A DNA stretch of 64,000 nt from Botryllus schlosseri (Eukaryota). The notes beneath the pieces are model-generated. The model had not been told where the DNA came from. It did no database searches and saw only the letters and a program-made list of their open reading frames with translations. Each line of letters starts with the position of its first letter. Positions within the stretch are counted from its first letter, which is position 1. Of this stretch, positions 51,498 through 64,000 are shown one piece after another. The position numbers and the translations under genes were made by a program. The DNA lies in the NCBI GenBank assembly GCA_051294905.1, contig CM119372.1, positions 13,828,001 through 13,892,000 of the forward strand, given 5' to 3'.

Positions 51498-53725
51498 CAG
51501 AGGTTCTCAAAGGGTGGGCCACAGGAGTAATTTGGGTGGGCCACAGAGGTATTTGAAAAATTGTAGAATTCGTGAAGTTTAGTTGCATTTTTCTTTTGTT
51601 CATATATTTAAAAAATATATCGATGTTATCGAATTATCCGTATGCTACATTAAGCTTTTCACCTGACTCTGGCGAGACTTAGTGGTACGTATGGAGTCAC
51701 GAATGTACCAGTCGAAATGGGTGGGGATACGGCGGCTTTTGTACCCCCAGCTATGACAACCTCCGGCCAACAGCAACGAAAATAATTTCGAATATTTAAT
51801 AACTGAAAGTTAATGCTGAAATATCCAAGTATTCCGGCTGGGTCAAAATGGATTGAGGAGTTGGCACAGCACATTAATCTTCGGAGTCGGCCTAAAAATG
51901 TCCGGCCTTGAAATCATTGTACATAATGTAAGAGTCACATGAATTGGTGGTATCATTGGATTTAATGTTATTACATCGTAACTTCAAAAGGTACAGGACA
52001 TATATTAGGTAGGACCAGGGCCGTAACAGCACTTTGTCAGCCCCCCTCCCAAAAAAAACGTTGGTCTTGGGCCCCCCATACGATGATAAATCGAACTTCT
52101 GGGGGGGGGGCGTTAGCTGAATCAGCTTTACTCGCCTGCACGCGCGAAGCGCGAAAAAATTATATAATTCATGATTGAATCGGTCAATATGATCGGGAAT
52201 TTAATACATATTGCTATCAAATTTTATCCTCTCTCTGCTCACGTAATCAGATTAACAGGTGGAGCTAAGTGAGGTGTGTTTGAAAAGGTAGGCCGTCAAT
52301 AATAATTAAACATCTTCGGGCGTATACCCGTTGGCAGGAACGAAACAGCACTTTATCAGGCCCCCCAAAAGACTTGGGTCTTGGGCTCCAATAGGGTGAT
52401 AAACCTTCCCCCAATCACTTTGTTCGCTTTTACCGCGAAATTTTTGATAATTCATGATAAAATCGGTTAATAAGATCGGGAATTGCATATATGTTGCTAT
52501 CAATTTCTTGTCCTCTCTGCTCACGTAATCAGTTTTACCGATAGAGCTGAGTGAGGTGTTAAGGAAACTGTAGGGACCGTTGGTATGATGGTATTTCGTG
52601 ACCTCCTGTCTGCTATATATCAAAAATATAGAATCGCACAAACGTAGGCTACTAAACTAAAAGATGCACACGATTTCAAATTGGTATGTTTTCACTGGCA
52701 TATAATTTTCCCTGCGGGATGGTATTTGTCTTGTGAGGTTCAGATTGCCATGACAGGAACATTCAGCGTCTGTCATTTAGGTGCCTTATTAAACCTATGT
52801 GCATTTTGTATATATAACGAAGTTTTCGGTCATCATAATGGCAGTCCTTTTCGGCCAAGGTTTCTCGCTGTCGATCGTTCTGACACACTCCTTGGAGTCG
52901 CATGTTACATGGCCTAAAACTCTATATGTCTTGGTGCATCGTGGCCCGGTAATGGCCAACGCCGATATGCCCATTTCTATAAATCTTGCGTATTATTTCT
53001 TGGGGGAAGAGTACCCGAAAATCAAGATACTTGGCAACTTCAAATCACACGTAGCGCGAAAAGTTTTTGAAAAAAGTTGCATAAATTATCAAAAAATACT
53101 CTATAATTTATGCTAGTTCACGAAATAATTTTTGGCCCCCTTCGAGCTCGCCCCCCCCCCCAATTGGGGGGTTTGGGGTGCGGCAGTTACGGTCCTGGGT
53201 AGGACTACATTGTATTCTTCACTTCTGTTTAGTATCCCATTCAACAAAGAATTGTTTGAAGCGGGCCCAGAATGGGTATAATATTCCCCACCAGAGTGGA
53301 ATTAAACCCCCCATCACACAGTGAATGCGGGGATCGGATCATTGGGTTTGGCGACTTGAGTGGAACAGAGGATGTACGCAAGAGTTGTACGATATTGCTG
53401 GGCCGTAACTTTCGCACCCCTCACCCACAATTGAGAGAGCTCTAAGTTGCTAATAATTATTTCGTTGGTTGTCTGTTGGAGATTTATTTACCTTGAAAAT
53501 TTTCGTCGCGCTTCGCGCGATTTCATGTTCCCTCAGATCGACATTTAAATATGAACACTGAACAGTAATAAAAGCAAAATGCGTATACTAAAGAGAAATA
53601 GCCATATCGGCGGCGATTAGCATACCACACAACACATTGAAATGCACCATGACTTAAAAAGAGGTGGGCCACAGAACATTTTCAAACCGGAAAATGGGTC
53701 ACAGCCAAAAAATGGCTGAGAACCC
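51498..53725. mobile_element. hAT-type MITE inserted into a SINE and itself interrupted by family X
   Basis: CAGAGGTTCTCAAA...TGAGAACCC, TSD GTGTAAGC. SINE halves at 51436-51497 and 53726-53830. Confidence 0.75.
52016..53197 (-). mobile_element. Family-X hAT-type element, uninterrupted copy
   Basis: TIRs CAGGGCCGTAAC...GTTACGGTCCTG, perfect TSD GGTAGGAC. Reverse complement of 19611-22275 without the LINE. Confidence 0.88.
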
Positions 53726-54838
53726 GTGTAAGCGGTGTCTTATAAAAGCCTTGAAGAGGACCGTGCTACAAGTCGGTAGCTGGCGTATACAGCCAAAGTA
53801 GTCGACAAACACCATGAAAATACCACAAACAGCAGCAACTCCAGTAGCTATGTCTTTAGGCCATCTCCCACTTCACTTCAACATAGTTCTTTTCGATAGC
53901 CGAAAAAGTCATTGTTTATGGATGGCATAACGTAATAGACTAGTGAAATCGTCGTAACCATCGGGAAAATCCCCCTATATTTCCGATCACAAAGCATACA
54001 GTGATGTAGGGCTATTGGCTTGGTATAGCATCGTTCATGTGTTATTCATCGGTAAGCAACCACCAGGCTATTGGAAAATAATATGCTAGGTCATATCGTC
54101 CCAACTACTCGGATACATTTTCGACAGTTTGTACTTATACTTTAAACACATTTTAGTCGATTGTCTGGTTGTCGACTGTCTGCATGTACAATTGTCCAGC
54201 CAAGCATATACTTCCATCTGAGAAGCAACAGTGACGTGGCCATTTTATAACTACTGTTAAAAATGAATAGGATCTGTCGATAATGTCGTGTACAGCACCA
54301 GGCAAAGGCCTTTGACTCGAGCGAGCATTAGCATATGTGATCAATATCACAATTTCCAAGTCCGGCAACCAATAGAAAGTGTATTTCGAATTGGCTGCAT
54401 ATCGTGACATCCGGACGTAGAAGAAGATGACTTTATAATGGTAAGGTATAATGTCGCTTTGATTAGTTTGAAACCAAATTTGAACAAAGGCTCCTTGGCA
54501 TACTGTCACTAATGTACAGAAACTACACTAATTGATTAAGCATTTTCGTGAGACAGTTAGCGTTGATTTGGCTTTTGATAAGGATATAGGCTTTGGACAC
54601 TGTGTTTACAAAACCTACACAATGTCCTTCACATGTAAAGCATCCGGTCAACTTTTTTCTGGAGTCGATGCCGCCGCTGATTTGGGTTTCACAGCAAGAC
54701 GGTTTCAATAGTGCCATTTATATCGATGCGTTGGGTAATCCCATCCACCGCTATGACTATACACTATGTCTAGTCCTAAAGTTCCAAACGAAGCAAGTCA
54801 CCTGCTATGATTCCTGTGTATATGTTGAAAAACCTCGG

Positions 54839-54973
54839 TGTAGTGGTAGCTCTATGGCGCCACTAGGGTGTGACGACATCGCAGGTGCTTCGGTGCTTGG
54901 TCGTCACTGAATACATGGCTGCTTGAGAACTCACGTCTCGTATATTAGACAGACCGTCAGTCACGTTACTACA
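54839..54973 (+). mobile_element. Short (135-bp) LTR of a Gypsy-type retrotransposon
   Basis: TG...CA ends with terminal inverted repeat TGTAGT/ACTACA, internal AATACA, immediately followed by TGGTGGCAGC (tRNA-Leu primer-binding site). Confidence 0.7.
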
Positions 54974-55017
54974 TGGTGGCAGCAGTGGGATTCGAACCCA
55001 CGCCATCGAAATGACTG
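54974..55017 (-). other. Reverse-transcribed 3' half of a mature tRNA-Leu (extended primer-binding site); not a functional tRNA gene
   Basis: Minus strand reads CAGTCATTTCGATGGCGTGGGTTCGAATCCCACTGCTGCCA-CCA: 3' anticodon stem, long variable arm, T arm, acceptor strand, discriminator and CCA. No 5' half. Confidence 0.8.
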
Positions 55018-57957
55018 TGACACTATGAAATATGCGTCAATCGAGTCAGTAGATGTTGGCCTATTTTACTGCGCAATACTTCTACTTTTTCTACATACTA
55101 AAGTAGGTTTTACCAACTTGAACTTCTTACTTTAACAGTTTTTAGGCATTTTTACATATAGGATTTTGAAAAGTAGAAGGTAGTTTTGAGATTAGTTGGC
55201 ATCAATTTTCTGTGTGAAATCGTCCTAAGAACGGTGCGAACTAGCCATCAAATGAATTGCCGAATATAGTCTCGAACATTGTGTCTATTTGTAGCGAAAT
55301 TAGTTATATTGCGTTAGTCGCGAAGAAGAATTTTGCAATTTCAAAAGTATATACAGCCCCACATCGATTAACCGCCAAAAGTCTGCGAACCTTTGACCAA
55401 ATATATTTTTCTACTCCATACTTGAGTGCTTTTCAGGCTTTCCGTTTCTACTGCCAATTGAATTATTTTGACACGTTTTGGAAATCGCTAGTTTTACTTG
55501 TACTAGAGTAGAAGTTTACGGCGTTAATTTTATTTCTACACTCAAGTATCAACGGTGGCTATACCTTAACAACTTTTGGTTCTTCAAAGGTACAGGATCA
55601 CGCGTGAATTTACGATTACGTAGGCTGTGGTCATATTCAGGGTAAAAGCAGCCTCCAACAAGAATATTGCCTTAACAAAGGCGTTTGTGACTCCATGTTC
55701 TGCTGCACAACAAAATAGCCATCCAGCGGTAATGTCATATTACTGCGCACAGCCACAACTGTGCGTCTGAAGCGAAATAATTTCTGGACTAGAGCGTAAC
55801 TTTCCCCAATTAATCTCACCTTAAGGACTTGTTTAGTTCTACGTGACTAACAGTCAGTATCATTAGTCTGATTTGGCGTAATTACAACATTATATTTATG
55901 TGTAAAAGGTATTGGGATTCAATCTCTATTTATTGCCGTTCTTCTAAGAATTGTTGCAGATCTCGCACATGCCACTGTCAAGCTAATGACAATAGGGCCG
56001 AGCAGAATGATTCGAGCAATCGTGATGATGAGTGTTGAGTTGTGCGAGAAATTATTCCGGTATTAAAATTATACGTCCTTCCCACTAACAGTTATGTTAA
56101 CAAGGGAACTATAGATTCGATAGCTTTTTTCCCATTGTGAAAGCCTGAAACCTCGATTGGTCGCATCAAAGTATCACAATCACAATTCACAAACATGTAG
56201 TACAAAGCTAAGTTAACGAAAATGATATTCCTGTGAAGTCATGTTCAACCCACAGCATTGTCACAAACAGTCATGGTAGAAAAACATAGCAAATTATTAT
56301 CTTAAATGTTCTGTATGGCATTACTTTCTTTGCGTTCGCATATTTGAAATTTCCACATCATCTTTACACGTATGACGCCATAGTGAATGATACTCGACTC
56401 GAAGCCTAATATACGCGATTCAGAATAGAATAACTCGTCATTTACTCGATTTTGCCCAGCCCTTACAATATGACATAGACAAAAGGCGGGAAAACTATAT
56501 ACCGTCCGTAAAACTTCTTGTGCGACCAGCCAAATCTTCAGGTAACAACTAGAAATGTTGCCTGAAACTTTTCAGAATATATTTCGTCGTTTTCGTCCAG
56601 TGGTTCCGAAAAGGAGCGATTTTGGGAGGCGCGGCGCGAAATATACAATTGGGGCAATTGGGGGCAGAAAATGTACGAAGAGGGGATATGGATGGCGAAA
56701 ATGCCAGGACTTTCAGTTATTTATATTCAGTTAATTATTTATTCAGTACCACGGAATTTTATCAGGGGTTCTCTGTGAACACGACTGTGAGCACGAACTT
56801 CTATCGCCATGTGACGTAACATGGATAATTCCAAGCAAATGTACCATTTCCGTCTCACCAGACGTAGATATCTTTATACTAACGCGTGGATATATACATA
56901 CCTATAGGCCAAGCACGTAGCAGTGACGGAAGCCAGTCATTTTATTATTAACAACTTTCAAGTAGTGTGATATGTCAAAGGAAATTCTCAAAACACGGTG
57001 TAATTTGTTACGCTACAAGCTTCCTGTTAGTTTTGTGTTGAATTTCCTTTGCTGTCATCGTGAAATCCCAGGACGTTTGATCATTGATGTTAAGATTGCT
57101 GGAATATACTGGCATTTAAAAATGTTTACAGGGCAGATATTCCCCGGGCGAACGCGAACTTCTGAATAATCTAGGTTCTCACACCGAACACGAACGTGCG
57201 GAACCGAAAGTTCAATGCATTCCCACTGCCGGTTAAGGTTTATTGAGTATTATAATTACAACTTTCACAACAGTGCATGTTACCTTTCCCATCAATAGTG
57301 ATGCAAAATCACACATTTAAAAGACCGCTTCTGGTCATGTCATATGTAGGCCTACAAGACTAATCAGTTAGCAATATTAGATAAATCAGGTCTTTACCCC
57401 CTTTGCGAATAGATGGAGCGCATTAAATAGAACATTTGTGAAAGATCTAGTCATAGTTGGAAACTAATATGCGTATCTGAGAATGTAAGACTTGGTCGCG
57501 TGAAAATATTCGACAATACTTTTCAAGACTACAGTGGTAAAAGAGAACACGAGAGTATATGTTTTATCAGTGGTTCCCAACCTGGGGTCCATGGACGCCT
57601 TGGGGGTCCGTGATTACCATGGTGTTTTTTTTGGGAAAACGAAAAGCGGTATTTTTACCATTATTTTAATTTGCTGGCATGACAATTTGTGTCACCTTTT
57701 TATTTATATCCCCGAAGAAAACGGATAGGCGACGGGTGAATATGACCTAACAGTGCGAGGGTCAACTCCCACTAAAATCCTCTGGCCCCCTTCGCCTGTT
57801 GTGCAGATGTAGCGAGTTGGTCGTCAGCCTATCTTGTGTTTATTTATATATATTTCCCTATTTTAGTATTAGGCCAATGTCAATTGATTATTTAATTTTA
57901 TGCCAATGGTGTATTCAAGTTTTGTTCTTTCGTTCAATCCGTTGTTTTTCTTTCTTT

Positions 57958-58000
57958 AACAACAACAACAACAACAACAACAATAACAACAACAACAACA
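57958..58000. repeat. (AAC)n microsatellite, probably a retroposon tail inside a MITE (57568-58158)
   Basis: About 14 AAC units. Flanking CAGTGGTTCCCAACC...GGTTAGGAAACACTG TIRs. Confidence 0.75.
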
Positions 58001-59261
58001 AATTGACAGCCACAGTACATTAGTTGACTATAGCATAATTATTACAATAGTCAATATTATGTTAATCGAGTTTCAGGCAAAATTTATACAGGGGTCCGCA
58101 GAATTAATAATAACTTGTCTAAAGGTGTCTGTGCCAACAAAAAGGTTAGGAAACACTGTTATAGTATATAGCTATATCGTCGCTGTGGAATGAAAGCATC
58201 AAATGTCCATTTTACACATTGTAAGAAAATTAACGTTGTGTAAACTTTCTTCAATTTCTTGGCCAAGATTAACTTTAAACAACGCAATAAACGTAAACAT
58301 GGCTATGATATGACCGAAAAAATATGAAAATTTTACATAAAATTCATTTTCTATAAGATAAAAATGGACACGAGTTACTTTGATTCCACCGCAACGATAT
58401 TTCTAATTATCCATTCACCCACCCATATACCTCCATACATATAACAGTTCTACAAAAAGTTACGTTTGTTACCTGTCAGGACAATAAACTTCGTACTTTG
58501 TCACCGGCGACCAAGAATTCCTCCATTCAATTCCTAAGTATGTTTCCGTACATGGCCTCTCATCGGAATATCTGTAGAAATTGGCAACATAATCACTATA
58601 ATCGTTATAGTGCGACGACTGACGTATATAACTAGAGTTGCATTTAAAACAAACGGTGTTTTAAAACACCAAGTTTGAAACATGTTTTAAACAAAGGCCT
58701 TTATTAAAAAAAATCGTGTTTTTAAGTTGTAAAATAATGCCATAATTGTGTAAATACTTTCCAAAATACATGTTGTATGAGCCTACGGACAATTACCGTC
58801 CGATTTAGCCGACGTAGAACCATATGGGATGGCTGGAACCCTCAAAATAGTCGGTTCAACAGTTATAGTGCAGATATTTCGTTAAAGGAGCTATAGTTAC
58901 CTCAATGTTAATCCATTATGACGTCACAAAAAACGCTTAAAACGCTTCGGAGTTGGACAAGAGAGCCAAATGCGTTGGCTTTCTTTTCTGAAAGTATGAC
59001 ATCAGCTGAAAGGATCTAATACATTAGCCTAACTAAGATTACTGTTGCACAAAATGAGCTGTGCATCATCAGAGTGTTAAGATAACAAAACCATTAAAAT
59101 AACATTTTCAGACAAAGCGAAAACATTATAATAAATGTCTTGCTTCAGTTAGGATATTGCGATACGTTGAGTATAACACCATGTCAACCTATTTGATTCC
59201 ATTTGACCGTTCATGATTGACAATGAGCAGACAATGGGCCGTCTACAACGGTTGGCCTATA

Positions 59262-60487
59262 GCAGGGGTGGGCAATTATTTTCCTCCGGGGGCCAAATGA
59301 GAAGCATATGTTGGCGGGCCGAGAAATTTTAGCTGTATTCTCCAGCGTATTGATATTGAAATCATCAAAGCGTACCGTACCAAACTATAAGACGCACGCG
59401 ATTCCCAATTGATATTTCTTCACTGGAAAATATTGCATAGTGACAATCGGACATCGTGGTTTTTGGTCAACATGGGAGCAGTCCTTTTGGGCCAAGGCTT
59501 TCTCGCTGTCGAGCTTATACGTAGTTAATTTGATCAACAGTTGAAATTGGACTGCCTTCTCAGAATCCCGTCTTGGCCTAAACTTCATATATCTTGGTAC
59601 GTCGTGGCGCGGTAATGGCTGACGCCGAAATACCCAATTCTATAACCATTGATCTTGAAATCGCGCCTAGCGCAAGAAAAATTTGAAAGAAGTTGCATAA
59701 ATTTCCAAAAAATACTCTATAATTTATGGTCATTCACGAAATAATTTTGGGCGCCCTTCGAGCTCGCCCCCCAATTGGGGGTTTGGGGTGCGGCAGTTAC
59801 TGTCATGGTATTGCTTTAAAGCTTATTGTCTTGGTAGCTGGTTTCCGAGAAGTGTGCAGCTTGCCGAAATGGCCTTGTTGTTAAGCCAAGCTTGCAGTTA
59901 TTCCGAAATTCGCCATCCCTTGATCGAGTGTAGGCCCTATGTCTTCGTGCTTTTGACATGGAACTGACTTGAATAATACTCCTTGAACACGGCGACGTGC
60001 TCGGCATTAACTACTAAAAAGACTGGTAATAATCAAATATTTAGTCCTCCGAACCATCTTTGAATTTCAACTTTCGGCTTTCTTTTTTGACATCCTTTAT
60101 GGGTGGTGATATACTCAGAGAAATCACGGACAGTGAATGACTTGTTAAGGATTTGGAAACACAGACCGTGCAATTCGTAATGTGACAATGGCAACAAAGA
60201 AGGTTTGGTGACTTCTTGTGACTTTAATTGTAACGGCATAATTTGCTACGTTGACTTTACTTTGAATCTAAATTCGGCACGTGAGGTGCGTATAGGCTGC
60301 GTAATTGCGGCATGTTAATGAACTTGAACATGCTTGATAGTAAACGAAATTCCGGTTCAGATAATACATCCTATGGTTTTAGTCCACGCAGCAACATTTA
60401 AAAGTAGGTTTTATATCTTCAATTTCAAGCAATCTTTCGCGGGCCGCACAGAATAGCTCCGCGGGCCGCACTTTGCCCAGGCCTGGC
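59262..60487. mobile_element. hAT-type MITE containing a family-X fragment (~59470-59805)
   Basis: CAGGGGTGGGCAA...TTGCCCAGGCCTG, GCGGGCCG motifs. Confidence 0.65.
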
Positions 60488-60880
60488 CTGGCTACGAGAT
60501 GTAAAATATCGAACGAAGTTCATCGACAGTGCAAAGATCTACGATACAAAGGAAGTGCAGCTAGCAAAAAAGTTTTTGACTTTGTAAACAATTTTGACTA
60601 TTTTTTGACCTATAACGCTTCAATTTTGACAATATATTTTGACTTTTTTGCAATGTGAAAATAAAAATCGCCTTACTTATAACTGAACCTATAGAAATAT
60701 TGGAGATTGGCATTTCAGAACGACGGAGTTTCGATTTCGAACCCAAACCTCACCTGCGTACGCCACTACACATGCGCGCGACTTATACCACCATAACAGT
60801 CACAATTCGACTCCTGAAGGAGCCTAATTAACTGCAACCAATGATGACCAAGACGGGAGTATCGTTACAATTCATCTGTA

Positions 60881-61162
60881 GTTATTTGTTTGTTTGCTTC
60901 ATGGTGTTTGTCGACTACTGTGGTCATTTACACCAGGCCGATACTCTTCATTTTTATTCCGTAACTGCCGACTTCTAGACACGGCAGACACGGCCCATTC
61001 TTCTAGGCTTTTTGTAAGACACCGTTTACGCGGATGAGGTGGCGAGGAGGAGCCTAGATAAGCCTCCAACCCCTAGGTATGGGAATTCTGAAGTCGACCT
61101 CGGTCGGACTCGAACCCGCAACCCATTGGTGTTGCAACCGCGGACTGCGCTATCCCGCCACT
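60881..61162 (-). mobile_element. tRNA-derived SINE copy, full length
   Basis: Reverse complement of the 33184 family, B box GGTTCGAGTCC, 13-bp TSD ACAATTCATCTGT. Confidence 0.87.
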
Positions 61163-62895
61163 AACAATTCATCTGTGTGAGTTGAATGTCTTGACCTCCA
61201 GGGACCCCCACACACTGTCTCAGAGAACACCTGGTGTTCCATGGAGAACCGGTTAAAAACCATTGTGTCATTGAAGAGTGGCCCTGTTGCAGATGATATT
61301 TATCTACTCGAAATGCAGGATAACAACATTCACACTACTGTAAGTGTAGCAGATAGATAAATCGCGCGCGCCTTGTTTATCTCTATGATCCAAATTTCGT
61401 GAATAGGAGACAATGTATTACCGTTTAGCTGGCTTCGTCAAACCACTTCCATAAGATATTATTCGAACAGACGGCTCATCTCTTCGCGGGGAAAACGGTC
61501 CTGATGCATGCTTCAGTAAAACGACCAGGACACAAAGCTGTGCTAATCTCCATGTCATGATAAAATCCTCCCTTGCTTACACGGACAGTTACTAACCACA
61601 ATGCGGTCGCTTCCCAAATGATAACGTATCGTGAGAAATTTTTTCACCTTCAATCTATCTATTGATAGACTACTTACGTTGGCAGAGTAACAAATCGTTT
61701 ACTCGACGTATGTATTTCATGACTATTAATTTAGTCACGTTTATTTGACGAAATGTTTGTTATGTCCGCTTGCCTGTCAGGTTTTGGCACGGGCTTGGTA
61801 TTGCTGTCTGCTTCGTCCTATAATTCTACCTTTACGATGTCCGCTTTTGTTGGCATATTGGAAGTGAAACGTACTACAAGCAGAGGCAGACCGCGTATAG
61901 GCGATTGCATTACATAACTGAAACATGTCTGCCTTGCACGCGACATTAGCAGCCATCACAGGATAATTAGTTTACGATAATTGCTCCCAGTCTGACACTA
62001 TCACATGTCGCATACATGGATTGACGGAAAGAAATATGTGTCTGGACAACAGTTTGAATCAAACCCATCACGAAACAAATGTCCAACAAGGAGTTGAGTG
62101 GCTCAGCTTGCGTGAAATCAGTTGCGACTTCATACAGCGTAGTTATACACACAATTTTTACTACTGGTACGGTCTGTTACGCGGACTGAGTTCAGCATAC
62201 TGCATTCACCAGTTCATGGTGCCATACAATACAATAACAACGTTTCTGTCATGATTGAAAAAGTGTCTATCACCAATGAATTAAATAGCTGATTGCTGTT
62301 AGTGGTATTCATGGTGTTTTTCGACATAGTCATTGGTCATTTACACCAGGCCTGTATGCTAGGCCTTTTAAGACATCGCTCACGTGGATCGGATGTCGGA
62401 GAGGAGCTCCAAGAAACCTCCAACACTGATCTTTGATTAATGACAAAACATAAAATAGAAAATTTCGCAATAATGCTGACACCTCCGAATAGAACCTATA
62501 ATAAGTCTCCGTCACATCACGGATAGATTATGAATAGCATTGGTTCTCCCTATGGCGTTGTGAAGTCACAAATTTATATCTTCACTTTTTGCTCTTCAGA
62601 TTTCCTGTTTTCTACTGGCAATGGATCTTCGTTTTACCTAAGAACTAGAAACTGCGTGAGCGAATAACTTGTATATCCCGCTTTCAACCACAGTGCGATG
62701 AAATTCAAGTCAATGTCATTTTCCATTACTATAGGATTTATGAATCCATACAGATTGATATAAATATAAATGGATCACCTACAACCTTATATAGGATACC
62801 ATATACATGTGGTTAGTTATGTTCTACATACTTGCACAATATGAAGCGTACAATGTGCAGCATGTACTATCTGTTGTACATGTACAATTGTATAT

Positions 62896-63741
62896 CAGGG
62901 ATGTCAAACTCAAATTGCGTCGCGTGCCGGATTCCAGCCTTCAAATCGCTCGCGGGCCGGACCAGTCAACTGATTCCAAAATGTTACCTCGTGCACTTGG
63001 TTTTCACTTGAATACCTCAAAAGCATATATAATAGATAATACACGGATCATAAGGTTTTTAAAGTAGCAAGTCGCGACACTTTTATTCGCGAATAATGAA
63101 ATTGGCAAAAATACGATGATTGTCCAGTTAAATACAGTTCAGAACTGCTAAAACAGTGGCGGTAACAACGATAAAAATTGGCATATTCTATACTCCCTTT
63201 GATTTAGCCGTAATCTGGCGTTAGCTCTGCATATGCGATGTGAGAATTACAATATATTTAATTGCAAACGCGGACGTTGCAATTTGGTTTATTATTATTA
63301 CACCGCGAGTCCGATTTCTCTCATGTCAGGAGATCTATTGGGTCCAAAGTGACACAGCAGTACAACTCTAATGACTAGAGATATTTCAATTATATATTTC
63401 TGCAACTAATGTATTTTCGATCTAGACCGCATATAACGGCTTCGCATTGGCGTTTTCGCTTCTGTGAAGTACTACTTTTTGGTCCATATTTGTGCAAAAC
63501 TCTGAACTTCAGTGTGTACCTATAACTTTCTTGAAATTGGATGTCAATTTCACAGATTTGTTGTTACTATTGGTAACTAGAGTGAAACCACAGCCGTCGT
63601 CGGGTGGTTATAATGGTGCCTATTAACAATGGAGGTATTTCCTGCAACAAATCTCAACATTTGTTACAAATGTGCTGGAAAATATAAGGATTTTTCAATC
63701 TACTCAGAATTGCTTCGCGCGCCGTATGTTTGACACCCCTG
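62896..63741. mobile_element. hAT (Buster-like) MITE
   Basis: TIRs CAGGGATGTCAAAC...GTTTGACACCCCTG, TSD TTGTATAT/TTGTACAT. Confidence 0.82.
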
Positions 63742-64000
63742 TTGTACATTGTACAACCTGTGGAACTTAATGAGTTTTACCGATGTCGTCATTCTAGCGA
63801 TGTATAAGTTGTGGAAGTTGTGATTTCTCTTATATCCCTTATTAAGGGCACAGTAGGGGAGCACATATTGTGTCTTCACGTCAAATATCAGGTGCGCGAT
63901 ACATGCACGTTCACCGGTTATCCAATTAATAACCTCTATGACCCAATCAACAATCTTTCGAATGCCTTCATTGGCAAGCATGAGTCAATTGAAACTGCAT

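Noticed and set aside
54974..55017. Functional tRNA-Leu gene
   Set aside because: Only the 3' half is present, it carries CCA and it abuts an LTR end; it is a reverse-transcribed copy.

Overview
AT-rich eukaryotic genomic DNA with short spliceosomal introns (about 55-65 nt minimum) and very dense non-autonomous transposons. It is an invertebrate animal; an ascidian/tunicate is a plausible but unproven guess. Three spliced genes can be reconstructed by hand. (1) An SLC49A4/DIRC2-like lysosomal MFS transporter on the minus strand (8 coding exons, 2241-7985, 3' end not found in the window). (2) A three-KH poly(C)-binding protein (PCBP/hnRNP E) on the minus strand (26212-30451), with apparent alternative short and long (PY-NLS) C-termini. 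(3) An unidentified plus-strand multi-exon gene from 33572, with GC-AG introns and possible death-fold/CARD-like segments, perhaps continuing to about 50.6 kb. The rest is a nested stack of hAT-type MITEs with 8-bp target-site duplications (TSDs), P-like fold-back MITEs with 7-bp TSDs, a 5'-truncated L2 LINE, CR1/L2-group 3' ends and a tRNA-derived SINE family. The most unusual item is a lone 135-bp LTR at 54839-54973 followed by a 44-nt antisense copy of a mature CCA-ended tRNA-Leu 3' half, far longer than a normal 18-nt primer-binding site. All calls come from manual reading; no database search was run.
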